DNA of 64,000 bases from Octopus vulgaris (GCA_951406725.2 OX597831.1:14012001-14076000); one strand, 5' to 3'. Positions 41,885 through 56,741 are shown, counted from the first letter of the stretch. Made by a program: numbers and translations. The notes: a model not told the origin generated them from the sequence alone.

Positions 41885-42648
41885 CCCCATTTCTCAGTTG
41901 GACCAGGGTCTCCAGTTTGTTAACGTAAACCCTCTCATTCACGTATCCCCACAAGAATAAATCAGTGTGAAAAGGACTGCATTTACATTGGAGAGGGTTA
42001 TCCGTAGTATATGTGAGGTACCCATAAATATGATTTTTCAAAATTTACTTATTTTGGGGCTGGCAGGGATTGGATCTACATAGTTTTTTTCCTTTTGATA
42101 TCATTCCAAGTGCCCCAATAATAATAGGTAATGGTTTTGCTTTGAAATGCTGCATTCTTTTGATTTCAACTTCCAGATTGTTATAATTTGCTCAGCTTCT
42201 CAAGGGTCATGTTGTAATGTTTTTTTATCAGCTGGGGCTGCAAAATCAATCGAAGGACAAGTCTTTTCAAATTGATCTTTCACAATGAGACCTCGTCAAT
42301 TTTATTTGTATTTCTTGATAAGTCTGAACGCTGAAATTCCAAAGCCTTCCGGGCAACTCGTGGTGGTTTGTATTTCCACCAATTATCTTTGAGAGGAAGG
42401 TTGTATGTCCGGCATATTGTCCAGTACATGTACGGAGCTGTCCAGCCATTTCTTTGCAAAGTGCTTTGTTGGTACCGTCGGTTGCATCCAGAGGTCATGT
42501 GATCGATTGTCTCTGGATGCTCTCTGCGGTCAGAAAGACTGCTTTCACGTCCCCGGGACATTACTCAGGCAATTCTTAGCTGGAAGGAATTGATCCTTCG
42601 TAGCAATGATATACTCCTCAGTTTCTGGTCGGAGACCAGACCAGGTTA
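41885..42648 (-). mobile_element. Degraded R4/Dong-like 3' fragment
   Basis: GLRPETEEYIIA, ETIDHMTSGC, IIIGALG and GTSHILR across several frameshifts. Confidence 0.8.
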
Positions 42649-42681
42649 ACCACTCAAGAGAAAGCGTATAACCAACATCAT

Positions 42682-42713
<32 letters not shown>

Positions 42714-43222
42714 TTGGTTGTGACTGTGGTAATGGTAGTGGCAGCGGCGGCGGGGCAGCACCCGCGGAGGCGGCACCGGTGTAGGCGGCACCGGCGGAGG
42801 CGGCACCGGTGGTGGTGGTAGTGGTCGTAGTAGCAAAAGTATCTTTTCTTCTCTGTTTAATGAAATTACTATAGTTATGTTTGTATATATGTACGTATGT
42901 GTGATGTGTGTATAAAAGTATATGTGTGTGTGTGTGTGTGTGTGCCATACACAACAGAACCTGGTTGTCTTCGATAACTTTGCCACGAGTTATCCGACGC
43001 CTCTCCCACACCGAGATAATTGCTCCCTCGTATTATTTGGACAGCTGACCCACCTTCTCTCGGAGAACTGATTAAATAACTCAAGCAAACATGTCTCTTT
43101 GATTTATGGTTGCTACTCTGCTACAATACAACACACACACAATCACACACACACACACGCGCATATATACACACACACACACACGCACACACAAACTCAT
43201 ACACACCTGTGTGGTTGGCGTG

Positions 43223-43260
<38 letters not shown>

Positions 43261-43391
43261 TGCAACTATGTGTGTACAGGGAGCTCGAATAGCGGAAGAA
43301 TAGAACGTGAGATTGACAGATAAGTAACACTTGGTGCAGTGTTTACCGGAAGTCAATATACAATGTATTGTAAGCGAAGACGAACATTACA

Positions 43392-43432
<41 letters not shown>

Positions 43433-44325
43433 CGTGTGTGTGTGTGTGTGTGTGTCTATTGTAGTATGGCCGATTGGCTAGGATGTTTGCTTCGTAACCA
43501 CGTGGTCTCCGGATCGATCACAAGTTCTGCGTGACAACATAAAAAGTTGTTATTTACCATTTGCGTCGAACGAAGCGATCTGATAGAATCGTTATCAATC
43601 CGGACGAAATGCTTAGTGGCTGCTCGTCCGTCTTTAGTTTCTACAATCAAATGCCACCCAGGGTCAGAGTTAGCTTTTATCCTTTAGGACGAGATAAAAT
43701 TAGTACCAGTTGAATACAGGAGTCGCTGTAATTGACTAGGACCCCCTCCTTCAAAATTTCAGGCCTTGTGCCTATAGCAGAAAAGAGTTGCTATTGCCTC
43801 GGTTTAATCCGTATCACGTGAGTTCAAGTGGATAGATAGAAATTATTTAGAATCCCGCCAAATGAATTGTATCTTTAATTTAAAAGGTAAAGTCCTGCCA
43901 CAAACTGTGTCATGAAGAATCTGTGGAATACTCAACCGTTTACACATTAATTCAGGAGCAGTAGATTCAGTCGACCGAACAACTTAATCCTCGTCGTCGA
44001 ATGACGAAGATCCAATAACCATAATAATTATATGGCGACATATTGAACATTCTTACAGTGAATACATTTTTCGTGAAAAGCTGTTAAAAAGGTGGCGCAG
44101 TAAAGTGAAAAATTCAAAGGGGAGTGGATTATAATTATATCTCATGAAACATATATTATATACGTCAGGCCTCTATCAATTTTCGTCTACCAAATCCTCT
44201 TAGAAGGGTTTGGTCGGCCCGAGGCTATAGTTGAAGATATTTGCCCAAGGTGCCATGCAATGGGTTTGAACCCGAAACCCTATGGCAGGAAAGCAATATT
44301 CTTACCACACAGCCACGCTGCATTG

Positions 44326-44373
<48 letters not shown>

Positions 44374-45144
44374 TCTCTCCCCAACAGGACCGGATACACC
44401 AACACTGCCTATCAGAACGGAGAGGTAAAGCAGCGCTGCTGGATATGACGAACGGGTGCGGTTGCACTAACAGACAGGACGAAGGGCTACGCTGAATGGA
44501 AATGCATGAGAAACCCCGCTCTACATCTTTGAATTCTCGACTCCTGATGTTCGTAATTAGATGACTAAAGTATGGTAAAGCGAAAAAAAGAAGCTAACCA
44601 GGATGATTTAATTATCCAGTTAAGAAGAAGAAAAGAAAATCAATAACAGCCGTTGGCTAATGATCTTGTGATAATTAATTACATGTAGGACATTTCTCAC
44701 ATAGTTTCAGGTGACTGTCTACGTTGCTGACCCACTAGGACGGTGAACTCGGTGTTCATAGAGTTAATGTGAAGAGCTGTAACAAAAGTTAAAAGGAAGA
44801 ATATTATTTATATAATTAGGAAAAGAAAGAGATCAATATTATTCATTGATTAACAACATTTTAATAACTTAATTAAGCATCAATTAATTTCCTCTGTGAT
44901 ACTTGAAATGTATTAAGAACGTTTTATTTCACATAAATAGTTGCTTCAGTTCCGGTAAAAAATGACGAAGTGTATAAACCGCTTATGAAGGCCAATAAAC
45001 ATAAACGTTCAAAGGTGTCTCCTTTGCCTGCTTGGTTAAAGACAAATACGATGCTAGCTAAAAGTCACGAAGGGGTTTCAATTACTAATAACCCCTTTAT
45101 TTTTTGCTTTAAATTTACAGTATCATAACATCATATTTTAATTC

Positions 45145-45329
45145 TTTAATTCTTTTCCTTCTTTCAGTCATTTGACTGCGGCCATGCTAGAGCACGGCCT
45201 TTAGTCGAACAAATCTACCCCAGAACTTATACTTTGTAGACCTAGTACTTATTCTGTCGGTGTCTTTTAAGAAGACTAAACCCACCAACATCAGTTGCCA
45301 AGTGATGGTGGGGGGACAAAAACAAATAC

Positions 45330-45361
<32 letters not shown>

Positions 45362-45525
45362 CATTCGACGGGCTTCTTTCAGTTTCCGTCTACCAAATCC
45401 ACTCACAAGGCTTTGGGCGGCCCGGGGCTAAAGTAGAAGACACCTAAGATACTACGCAGTGGGACTGAATCTGGAAACCATGTGGTTGGTAAGCAAGCTT
45501 CTTGCCACACAGCCATGTTTCGCCT
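45145..45525 (-). mobile_element. SINE family A
   Basis: Collinear with 945-1358. Other copies at 44170-44320, 51905-52260(+), 53740-53950, 56210-56597 and 61540-61850(+). Confidence 0.85.
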
Positions 45526-45910
45526 ATATAGTATATATAAGTCCTAGTACTGCTGCATGGCCGCAGTCAAATGACTAAAACAAGTCAAAGAATAACTGCA
45601 CAAGGCCTGAAATTGGGGCGGGGGAGGATCTTGTCGATTATCTCGATCCCTATGCTTAACTGGCTCCTTTTTTTCATTGACTTCGAAAAGATGACCACAG
45701 TAGAATTTGAACCCAGAACATATAACTCGGAAGAAATTCTGCCAAGCAATCTGCTAAGCAATTTGGTTGGTTCCACAAACATAGAGGACATTGACCTTGC
45801 TTCGGTCTTAACTTGGTCAAAGAAATTATTTGACTTGAATTTTCGAGTAGAAGTGTTGCTGGTGTGGAACCACGGCCTTTTTATTGAGGAAATACATATA
45901 TAAATATATG

Positions 45911-45970
<60 letters not shown>

Positions 45971-46409
45971 TGACATTCCTGTATAAATATATAAGAAGTA
46001 TTTAACAGTTAGTCATACATTAACATATATAATATAAAACGGTTTATTTTAGTGTCATTCATAAATTAAAATAATCGCTGTTGAAAAACTCTGATTCATA
46101 CATTAACAGAAATATTTAAATGTCATCAGTCACTGATTAGCATAAAAATGCCATTGGTCGAATTACAGAAATACCCGGATATGTCCTGATTTAAAGCAGG
46201 CCCAGATTATCTTAACATTTCATCATTCTGAGATAGAAAAAAGGCCGATACAATAAATACTGGAATCGATATAATTCACTAAAACCCTGTGGCGCCCCAG
46301 GATGACTAAAGTCAAATGACAGAATGACTAAGAGAACTAAAGTCAAAATGTTCCTGGAAAACGAAGTTCAAATAGCATTCATATGTTTAGATATGTATAT
46401 GATTCATAT

Positions 46410-47222
46410 ATTTATTTATTTATTGCCCACAGGGGTGGTTACACATGGAGGGGACAAACAAGGACAGACAAAGGGATTGAGCCATTTACATTGATCCCAA
46501 TAAGTATCTGGTACTTATTTAATCGACCCCGAAAAATGAAGGGCAAAGTCGACCTCGGCGGAATTTGAACTCAGAACGTAACTGCAGACGAAATACTTAT
46601 TTCTTTATTGCCCACAAGGGGCTAAACATAGAGGGGACAAACAAGGACAGACAAACGGATTAAGTCGATTATATCGACCCCAGTGCGTAACTGGTACTTA
46701 ATTTATCGACCCCAAAAGGATGAAAGGCAAAGTCGACCTCGGTGGAATTTGAACTCAGAACGTAACGGCAGACGAAATACCGCTAAGCATTTCACCCGGG
46801 GTGCTAACGTTTCTGCCAACTCGCCACCTTTGGTATGACATATATCCTTTTCTACTCTAGGCACAAGGCCCGAAATTTAGTGGGGAGGGGCCAGTTGATT
46901 AGATCGAGCCCAGTACGCAACTGATACTTAATTTATCGACCTCGAAAGGATGAAAGGCAAAGTCGACTTCGGCGGAATTTAAACTCAGAACATAAAGACA
47001 GACGAAATACCTATTTCTTTACTAGCCACAAGGGATTAAACACAGAGGGGACAAACAAGGACAGACAAACGGATTAAGTTGATTACATCGACCCCAGTGC
47101 GTAACTGGTACTTAATTTATCGACCCCGAAAGGATGAAAGGCAAGTCGACCTCGGCAGAATTTGAACACAGAACATAGCGGCAGACGAAATACGGCTAAC
47201 GTTTCTGCCAGCCCGCCGCCTT
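46410..47222 (-). mobile_element. Array of four family B units (two headed dimers)
   Basis: GGCAAAGTCGAC..GAATTT..CAGAAC domain repeated four times; heads only at about 46830 and 47222. Confidence 0.85.
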
Positions 47223-47768
47223 ATATAATTCATATATTAACATAAAAAATGTCTAAATATCATTCATATATTGACATTAATATGTCACTCGTCTGTTTCT
47301 ATACATGCAGATGAGATTCGTATGTGAGTTAATATATGTAAGTACAGACGTAACGAGCAGTGATGTTTAGGCTAGACTCACAACGAACAGAACTAACGCG
47401 GCGGATTCAGTTTCAAGATCCAGGCACGGTCTTTCATTTCGTTTGCTTCAATCAACAATGTTTTTCAACGAGTTGACTGCTATCGCATAACTTCCCGTTA
47501 CACATACATACATACATACATACATACATACATACGTACGTACACTCATTCATCCATACATGCATGTATGTACATCTATCCCTTTCTCTCTCCCTCTCTC
47601 TATGTATGTACATCTCACCTTCTCTCAGTATATATACGTATATGTGTGTATATATATATATATACACACTGACACACACACACATATATATTTGTATGCA
47701 TGCATATGTGTATGTGTGTGTATGTATTTATATATATATATATAATATATATATATATTCATATATAT

Positions 47769-47831
<63 letters not shown>

Positions 47832-47841
47832 TACATATATG

Positions 47842-47897
<56 letters not shown>

Positions 47898-47901
<4 letters not shown>

Positions 47902-48252
47902 GGCACTCCGTCGGTTTCAACGACGAGGGTTCCAGCTGACCCGATCAACGGAACAGACTGCTCGTAAAATTAACGTGCAAGTGGCTGAGCACTCCGCAGA
48001 CACGTGTACCCTTAACATAGTTCCTAGGGAGATTCAGCGTGACACAGAATGTAACAAGGCTGGCCCTTTGAAAATACAGATACAACAAAAACAGGAAGAA
48101 AGAGTGAGAGAAAGTTGTTCACCACCCACCCCACTGCCGGAGCCTCGTGGAGCTTTAGGTCTTTTCGCTCAATAAACACTCACTGGGAATCGAAACTGCA
48201 ATCCTACGACCGCGAGTCCGCTGCCCTGACGACTGGGACATTGCGTCTCCAC
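47898..48252 (-). mobile_element. tRNA SINE sharing its head with 24053-24359 but with a different 3' tail
   Basis: TTTTCGCTCAATAAACACTCAC and head shared; the CGACGGAGTGCC tail end recurs at 22835-22868, and related 3' sequence at 28795-28945 and 43910-44010. Confidence 0.75.
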
Positions 48253-49076
48253 ACACAGTCTCACACGCACACACACACACACGCGCGCGCGCGCGCATAT
48301 GTACAAATAGGCAATAAATAGGCCGCGAATTGGTAGCCTGGGCCTTCCTAGCAGCATTATAGGTCCCTGGGTAAATCAGTACACTGAGGTCTCAAGTGCA
48401 TATTTATTGGCAGTAAGTCACAGCATACATCGTTTAAAATTAGTTTCTAGACACGTGAGGCCCCTGGGTAACTTCTCTGTATGCCCGTGCCTTAAGATGG
48501 CGCTGTTGGCCGAGTCGTTAGAGCATCGGGTAGAATGCTTTGCAGAATGTATCTGACTCTCTGCGATCTGGGTTCTAACCTTGCCGAGGTTAATGTTTTT
48601 ACGATAAAGGTAAAATTCTTGGGTGTTGGACTTGCGGAGCTGCAAGAATCTGAAGCAAGGATACCATACAGTAGAAAACGCCTACTGCCAGGCCGTAGAT
48701 CATTTGGTACCTGGCCGCAGGGAAAGAACCCCTTTTTTTTTTTAGCTTTCATTTCTGTAGAGACGAGTAGCTTAGTGGTTAGGGTGTTGCGTTCATGATC
48801 GTAAGATTGGTCTTTCGGTATATGGGTAGGGGTGATGTGCTTTGTTTTTGAGCAAAACACTTCGTTCCACGTTGATATAATTCAGTCAGCTAACAAAAAG
48901 GGGTAATATGGGGGAGCCGTGACGGTCCTGGTAAACAGGCAGTGAATGGTGGACCTGCTTAAATAAACAAGCAGAAGGGAATTTGCGGACTGATAGGTCA
49001 TGTGCCTACTCTGGAGTCGGACGTTACCTTTTGTTATCTTCTCTGTAGGGTGTTTTTGTATTTTATTTGCATTATA

Positions 49077-50366
49077 CGAGGGGCGTTCAATAAGTAATGC
49101 CCCTGACCCAATTGCAGTTGTTTGATCTAGCTGAAATTTTGCATGTGCAATTATTTATATCTCTATAGATTAAGTGGGAAATTACAGCTCTGAACTAATT
49201 GTGGTTTTTGATTTACAGGTGTTTGAACTGAGTCAGATGTGAAATGGAGCCTGTTGAGTGTCGAGCAGTGATCCCGTTTTTGTATTTGAAAGGACGCACA
49301 CCACGGGAGACTTTTGATGAAATGAAAGTAACTTATGGTGATGATGCCCCATCATATGACCTTGTAAAACGCTGGCATCGTGAATTCAAACATGGTCGGA
49401 ACTCTGTGGAAACAGCTCCCAGATCTGGTCGCCCCTTCTGCCATTGATGAGGCATCTGTCCGTCAAGTTGAGGCTGCCATTTTGGAAGATCGACGCATAA
49501 CTATTCGCCAAATAGCCCATGAAGTCAAGATTAGTACCGGGTCTGTGTAAACTATCATTCATGACCATTTGCATATACAAAAGGTGTCTGCCAGATGGAT
49601 TCCCAGGTTGCTCACACCTTTCCAGAAGCAAGAACGCGTCGAATGCTCGAGGATAAATTTGGAGATGTGCCAAGAAGATGAGTCAAAATTTTTCAAAAGA
49701 CTGATTACACAGGATGAAACCTGGGTCCATCACTATGATCCAGAGACCAAAGGCCAGTCAATGCAGTGGAAGCGCCGTGACTCACCTCCTCCAAAGAAGG
49801 CAAGGGTGCAGCCCTCCGCTGGCAAGGTCACGCTCACAGTCTTCTGGGACCAGGACGGAGTAGTGATGATAGATTTTCTGGCAAAGGGTACCAGAATTAC
49901 AGGAGCCTATTATGCTTCACTTTTGAGGAAATTAAGAGAAGCTATCAAAATCAAGAGGCGGGGCAAGATCAGCAAAGGCATCCTCCTCCTGCAGGACAAC
50001 GCTCCGGTCCACAACTCACGTGTTGCCAGATCAGAAGCACAGGCGTGCGGCTATGAACTCCTCCCCCATTCCCCAACTCTCCTGACCTTGCACTCTCTGA
50101 TTTTCACCTCTTCCCAGCCATGAAGTTGTTTTTGAAAGGAAAGCGTTTACCAGATGATGCAGCCTTGATTTCTGAAGTCACGTCGTGGTTGGAGGACCAA
50201 GCTGGGGTCTTCTACAAAAACGGTATCCAGAGCTGCCTCAAACGATGGGAGAAATGCGTAACTCTGGGTGGTTCCTATGTAGAAAAAGACTAATACCTGT
50301 GCCGAGTTTTGTTGCTCTACTACTATGGGAAGTGGGTTAGGGGCATTACTTATTGAACGCCCCTCG
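49077..50366 (+). mobile_element. Full-length DD34D mariner (irritans-like), 1290 bp
   Basis: 34-bp TIRs CGAGGGGCGTTCAATAAGTAATGCCCCT(G/A)ACCCA with one mismatch; TA on both sides. Confidence 0.96.
49244..50293 (+). pseudogene. mariner transposase pseudogene
   Basis: RSGRP, WIPRLLT, ITQDETWV, QDNAPVH and SPDLALSD (34 residues between the last two Asp after restoring one base). Frameshifts near 49437 and 50076; TAA near 49548. Confidence 0.93.
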
Positions 50367-50380
50367 TATATGTAATAATT

Positions 50381-50542
50381 TCATCTGTCTTCATGCTCTG
50401 AGTCCAAATGCCGCCGGGGTAGACTTTGCCTTTCATCCTTTCGGGGTCGATAGAATAAGTAACAGTTGATCACGGCAATCGATGTAATCCACTTAACGCT
50501 CCCCCTATATTTCTGGCCTTGTGCCAAAATTTGAAATCATCA
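50381..50542 (+). mobile_element. 5'-truncated family B SINE with TSD-like flanks
   Basis: TATATGTAATAATT at 50367-50380 and 50543-50556. Confidence 0.75.
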
Positions 50543-51136
50543 TATATGTAATAATTAGACTATATATGATCCGCTTTATTACGTTTTGTTATGCGCATGT
50601 TACGCCGGTTGCGTAAAACCGACCAGTAACACAAAAGAAAATGGGGTCCGCCGCCTTATAGAATTCTTCTGGTTCTTTGTCTTCTGGTGTTTAAGGGCGG
50701 TAGACTTTATCTGTTGCCTGACATCTCAGAGTAGCTTTAGAGGAGACCACAGTGTTGCAAGCATTCTAGAAATGCGGTCGTCCCTTTCACCACTCTAAGA
50801 AGTCCTTTAAAAAGATACAAGCGCTGCTTTCCAGGCCGACTATAAGATTAAAAACATAAATATTTGATACGCTATAAAGATTTAAAAGAATCAGTGAATG
50901 GAGATTAATTCTTGACTAAATAAACAATTTTTTTTTTTTGCTATGTCTGAAACTGAGAATTACCAAGTTATTTTTGGAAACTAGGTAAATATTACCTGCG
51001 TGAATCAGATTCTATCTTCTTCTTTCTCTTTCTCTTTCTCTTTCTCTCTTTTTTCCTTGCTTCTGGAATTATAATGCAAAAAAAATTAACTACTTGGTGC
51101 TGATGAAACTCTAAAACCTAAGGTAACTTAATAAAT

Positions 51137-51342
51137 CTTCTTCTTCTTCTTCTTCTTCTTATTATTATTATTATTATTATTATCATTATTATTATTATTA
51201 TTATCATTATTATTATTATTATTATTATTATCATTATTATTATTATTATTATCATTATTATTATTATTATTATTATTATCATTATTATTATTATTATTAT
51301 CATTATTATTATTATTATTATCATTATTATTATTATTATTAA

Positions 51343-51406
<64 letters not shown>
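51137..51406. repeat. (CTT)n(ATT)n microsatellite
   Basis: Direct reading. Confidence 0.95.
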
Positions 51407-51630
51407 TTCTTCTTTTGCAACGAAAGACGAATCCCGCTGAAGCTTTTTGTCAGAGAAAACGACGTCACATTTCAACAATTTTTCATTTAACGTTCACTGC
51501 TTTTGTTTGTTTGTTGGTTTGCTAATTCTTTGTTGTTTTTTTTTATCTGTTCTTGATTTCGTTTTCCGGAATCTGAACATGTACTCTACAACTGAAATGT
51601 ATACTACCTATAGAACATATGCGTGTGCGA

Positions 51631-51713
<83 letters not shown>

Positions 51714-51836
51714 CGTTTAATTTTACAAATAGAGAAAAGAGAACTCAATTCATAAAACATGCATTGCCACAGCATGGCTGCAGTCCAATGAGCAAAACAT
51801 GTAAACGATACATACATACAAACATATGTATACACA

Positions 51837-51875
<39 letters not shown>

Positions 51876-52065
51876 ACACACACACACACATATATATTTC
51901 AAATTATGGCTGTGTTGTAAGAAGCTTGATTCCCAACCACATTGTTCCGGGTTCAGTCCCGTTGCGCGGCAACTTGGGCAAATGTCTTCTCCTCTGACCT
52001 CGGGCTGACCAAATCCTTGTGATTACATTTGGTAGAGGGAAACTGAAAGAAGCCCGTTGTCCTTA

Positions 52066-52199
<134 letters not shown>

Positions 52200-53101
52200 T
52201 GTGTTTGTGTCTGTGCTTCGGCAAAAAAGAACCGATAAAATAAGTACTAAGCTTACACAGAAAATGCTAGACATGCTCTTATATACTTAAATGATAAACT
52301 TCTGGAAAGCTTTAGTATGTATGTATGTACGTACGTATGTATGTGCCTGTGCATATATATATGTATGCGTGTGCGTGTATTTGCAGATATATATTCATAT
52401 ATACATACATGCGTACTCACACACATACACACATTCAACCATGCATGAAATTCATCCATACAGATATACGCGCACACACACGCACATACACACATATAGA
52501 TATACGAACGTACAAAAACAAACAGATATATTAACAATAATATGGTAAGGTCGCCAGAAATCTTATGAAATACCGATTAATCTTAGCTGCAGTTTAACAT
52601 GTCGATAGAATACGTCTACGGAATCGGTTTATGATACTAGTTACTTAACATGAGATGAAAGAGATAACCATGGACAAGATTCTTATCTGAGAAAACCTGG
52701 AGAGAATTCCAACTGTTAAGTAAACATATGAACGCAGATATATGTGTCCTATTGAGAGACATACGGAAGCACGCGCAGTGTAGATTTGATCCCGTGAAAT
52801 ACCTATAGACTTGTGGGTGGGGGAGTGGGTTCAGGTTTAGATTACGTGTTCTTCAAAAAAACAGATCGTCTATTGTATGATCAGAGGTGAAATGTTTTTT
52901 CTGCTGACGTATTTGCATAACTTCACTGATGGGTATCAGTCATCTTGTTAACGTCAAATTAAAGGTGAGCTGGCAGACAAGGGCACACACGAACACAAGT
53001 GAACAAGGCCATTCACACACGCAGATGTATATGCGTGTATGCATCTCCATATAATGTATATATATATATATATATAATGTTAAAATAGGATCAAATCTTT
53101 A

Positions 53102-53137
<36 letters not shown>

Positions 53138-53262
53138 TTTAAAATAACATAAAATCTTTATATATACATATATTTAAAATCAATACATACATACATATAT
53201 GTATATATAAACACACACATATGTATGTATATATGCATGCGTATTTATGTATACATGCGTTT

Positions 53263-53307
<45 letters not shown>

Positions 53308-53640
53308 CGTATGTAAATAAATATTTTAAACACAGAACCTTCCATCTATGTCTTCCTGTTTATCAACAATAATGAGAAAAGGGCGAAAGTCTGAATGATA
53401 GAAGAAAGGTGTAGCAAAATGCCGAACCGAAATCTTGCTCCATGCCATTCCACATTCTTCATGATCTGGCAAGTTACTTCAAAATATTTTTAAAACACTG
53501 GTAACTATTGTTGGAAGTTGTATCCACGGTGTTTACATATATACAAACCTTTATATATACAATAACGTGCAAATTGACACGGCCAACTCACACCCACTCA
53601 CACATACATACATACATACATACATACATACATACATACA

Positions 53641-53672
<32 letters not shown>

Positions 53673-53984
53673 CATGCGTGTCTGTATGTGTCTGGGTGTG
53701 TGTCTGTGTATCTGTGTGCGTGTGGGTATTTTCTAATTGCTACTTGATTTAGTCATTAGACAGCGACCATACTTCGCTGCGGTCATGAAGGGTCTGCCCG
53801 AACAAATAGATCCCTAATTCTTTTGTAAGCCGGATACTCGTTCAACGGAGCACTCTTTTGCCAAACTGCTAGGTTATGGGGACTTAAACGAACCAACACC
53901 GGTTGTCAAGTGGTGGAAGAGGAAAACACAAACACCAACACACACAAATACACATTTGTATGTGATGTATTCAAAGCAACTACG

Positions 53985-54141
53985 CCCGTGTCGTTGACGA
54001 TTTCTTGTCCGACAAAGAGCTATGCTCGAAACGTCAAACTCTATCCTTCCACTTAGCGCCATGCTAATAATTCCCTGTGCAGTTTCCCACGTTCGTTTCT
54101 CCTTTAATTCGATTTTTATTCGCTTATCTAAATTGACTCGG

Positions 54142-54142
<1 letters not shown>
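53985..54142 (+). mobile_element. Degenerate relative of the U4C hammerhead repeat
   Basis: CCGACAAAGAGCTATGCTCGAAACGTCAAAC followed by sequence similar to 8900-9000, then (TA)n. Confidence 0.55.
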
Positions 54143-54224
<82 letters not shown>

Positions 54225-54307
54225 TGTTTGTATTCCACCTGCCTTCGTCTTTTGTTTATTTCTGTAAACCTGCCTTCGTCTTTTGTCTATTTTCATAAAG
54301 CTTCCCG

Positions 54308-54345
<38 letters not shown>

Positions 54346-54679
54346 GTGAATATCGATCGATGAGAATGAGTGCTCAACAACGCATTGGTCGATAAAGACT
54401 TTATTTGTGTATATAGGTTACCATTGATTTCATGCTAATAAAATTCGTAACAATCATTCCAACTGATGCATAGAGGAATTGGTGTTCGTCTCCATTTTGA
54501 ATTGAAACCTTGAAGAATTTTTGCAATTTTTTTTTTAACATGAAACAAATAGTAGCGCTTATACACATGCAAAGTATTATATATATATATATGCGTATCT
54601 ATATATATATATATATAAATATATATTATAGTGTAGGTATATATATATAAAATGTATATATATGTATATACATATACAG

Positions 54680-55216
54680 TGCTGCGGGTGAGCTACAGTG
54701 GAGAGGCTGAGAAAAATGCATCTTTACTCCTTGGAGCGAAGACGTGACAGATATTCAATAATCTACATATGGAAAACTCTAGAAGGACTGATACCTAATT
54801 TCGGCATTGAGTTTTATACAAATCCCAGAACTGACCGTCGTTATATTGTACTAAAGGTACCGTCCACTCCATCTAAATTTAGGACCAGGAACTGCAATAG
54901 TCTATGGTTCAAAGGCCCACAGCTCTTCAATATCTTGCTACAAAAAATCTGCATAAAATGGAAGCAGAGGTCTTCAATAAGGAACTCGACTTCCTGCTCT
55001 CCACAATACCGGACGAACCAACAGCCCAACATGTGGTGCAGACGAGGGCAGTGGAATCAAACTCGCTTAATCATCAAATGAGCCAACAGCTATGACAAAG
55101 GCCCATACAGGAGTGGTGATGTGAAACACCCGACACTGACGAAATCAGAAAGACCACGGTGGTGCTCCAGAATGACCGCAGCTGCATGGCTGAAACGACT
55201 GAAAAAGTAAAAGAGG
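54680..55216 (+). mobile_element. LINE 3' fragment (CR1/L2-group-like ORF2 C-terminus)
   Basis: ERLRKMHLYSLERRRDRY..KGPQLFNIL, frameshift, then FNKELDFLLSTIPDEP. Ends in a sequence like the family A SINE tail. Confidence 0.8.
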
Positions 55217-55227
55217 ATATTTATGTG

Positions 55228-55265
<38 letters not shown>

Positions 55266-55274
55266 TATATATAC

Positions 55275-55486
55275 TCTTTTACTCTTTTATTCTTTTTCTT
55301 GTTTCAGTCATTTTGACTGCGGCCATGCTGGAGCACCGCCTTTAGTTGAGCAAATTGACCCCGGGACTTATTCTTTTGTAAGCCCAGTACTTATTCTATT
55401 AGTCTCTTTTGCCGAACCGCTAAGTAACGGGGACGTAAACACACCAGCATCGGTTGTCAAGCAATGCTAGAGGACAAACACACACA

Positions 55487-55534
<48 letters not shown>

Positions 55535-55700
55535 TACGACGGGCTTCTTTCAGTTTCCGTCTACCAAATCCACTCACAAGGCTTTGGTCGGCCCGAGGCT
55601 ATAGTAGAAGACACTTTCCCAAGGTGCCATGCAGTGGGACTGAACCCGGAACCAAGTGGTTGGTAGACAAGCTACTTACCACACAGCCACTCCTGCGCCT
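55275..55700 (-). mobile_element. SINE family A, well preserved
   Basis: Complete head, internal (CA)(TA), tail. Confidence 0.9.
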
Positions 55701-55708
55701 ATATATAT

Positions 55709-55789
<81 letters not shown>

Positions 55790-56654
55790 CACAAGCATAT
55801 ATGCATACATACATATATATACAAGCATACACGTAGGCGCACCAGCGTACACGAAGTCGAGATGATACATACAAAGCTTTGTTCTGAGTTTCAGCAAATC
55901 AAAGAAAGAATACACTTGATGCCGTTATCTCCTATGAAAACATAACCCCCACCACCACCACCACCACCACCATCACCACCACCACCACCACCACCACCAC
56001 CACTACCATTACCACCACCTGTAACGTCTTTAAACGAAGCTATGAATAATTTTGATGACGTCATCTAACTGGACAACCGTATTTGTTATTATCACCTAGA
56101 AGAAGAGTTCTCTGGGAAAATGCATATTTGGCCCTCTGGAGAAGGGCTTATTGTGTAACTGGTAGCCCTTCCTTGTCTGTCCATATAAACGTATGAATGT
56201 ATGTATGTATTTTTTTACTTGTTGCAGTTATTTGACTGCGGCCATGCTGGAGCACCTCTTTAAAGAGTTTTAGTCGAAGACATCCACCTCAGGACTCGTT
56301 CTTTATAAGTCTAGTAGTTGTTCTATTGGTCTCTCTTGCTGAGCCGCTAAGTTACGAGGCCGTAAACATACCAACAGCGGTTGACAAGTGATGGTGGGGG
56401 ACAAACACAGACACGAAAATACACATCCATATATATATACGACGGGCTCCTTTCAGTTTCCGTCAACCAAATCCACTCACAAGGCTTTGGTCGGCTTAAG
56501 TAGAAGACACTTGCCCAAGGTGCCACGCAGTGAGACTGAACCCAGAACAATGTGGTTGGGTGGCAAGCTTCTTACCATACAGCCACGCCTGCGCCTGTGG
56601 GTTTGTGTGTGTATATGTGTATGTGTGTGTGTACCCCCTACATACACACACACA

Positions 56655-56741
<87 letters not shown>

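Noticed and set aside
42745-42812. GC-rich 15-bp repeat GGCGGCACCGG.. encoding Gly-rich peptide
   Set aside because: Embedded in a decaying (GTA)/(GTG) triplet tract; no exon signals.
46410-47222. Regularly repeated units resembling a CRISPR-like array
   Set aside because: Units are SINE domains without unique spacers, in eukaryotic DNA with no cas genes.
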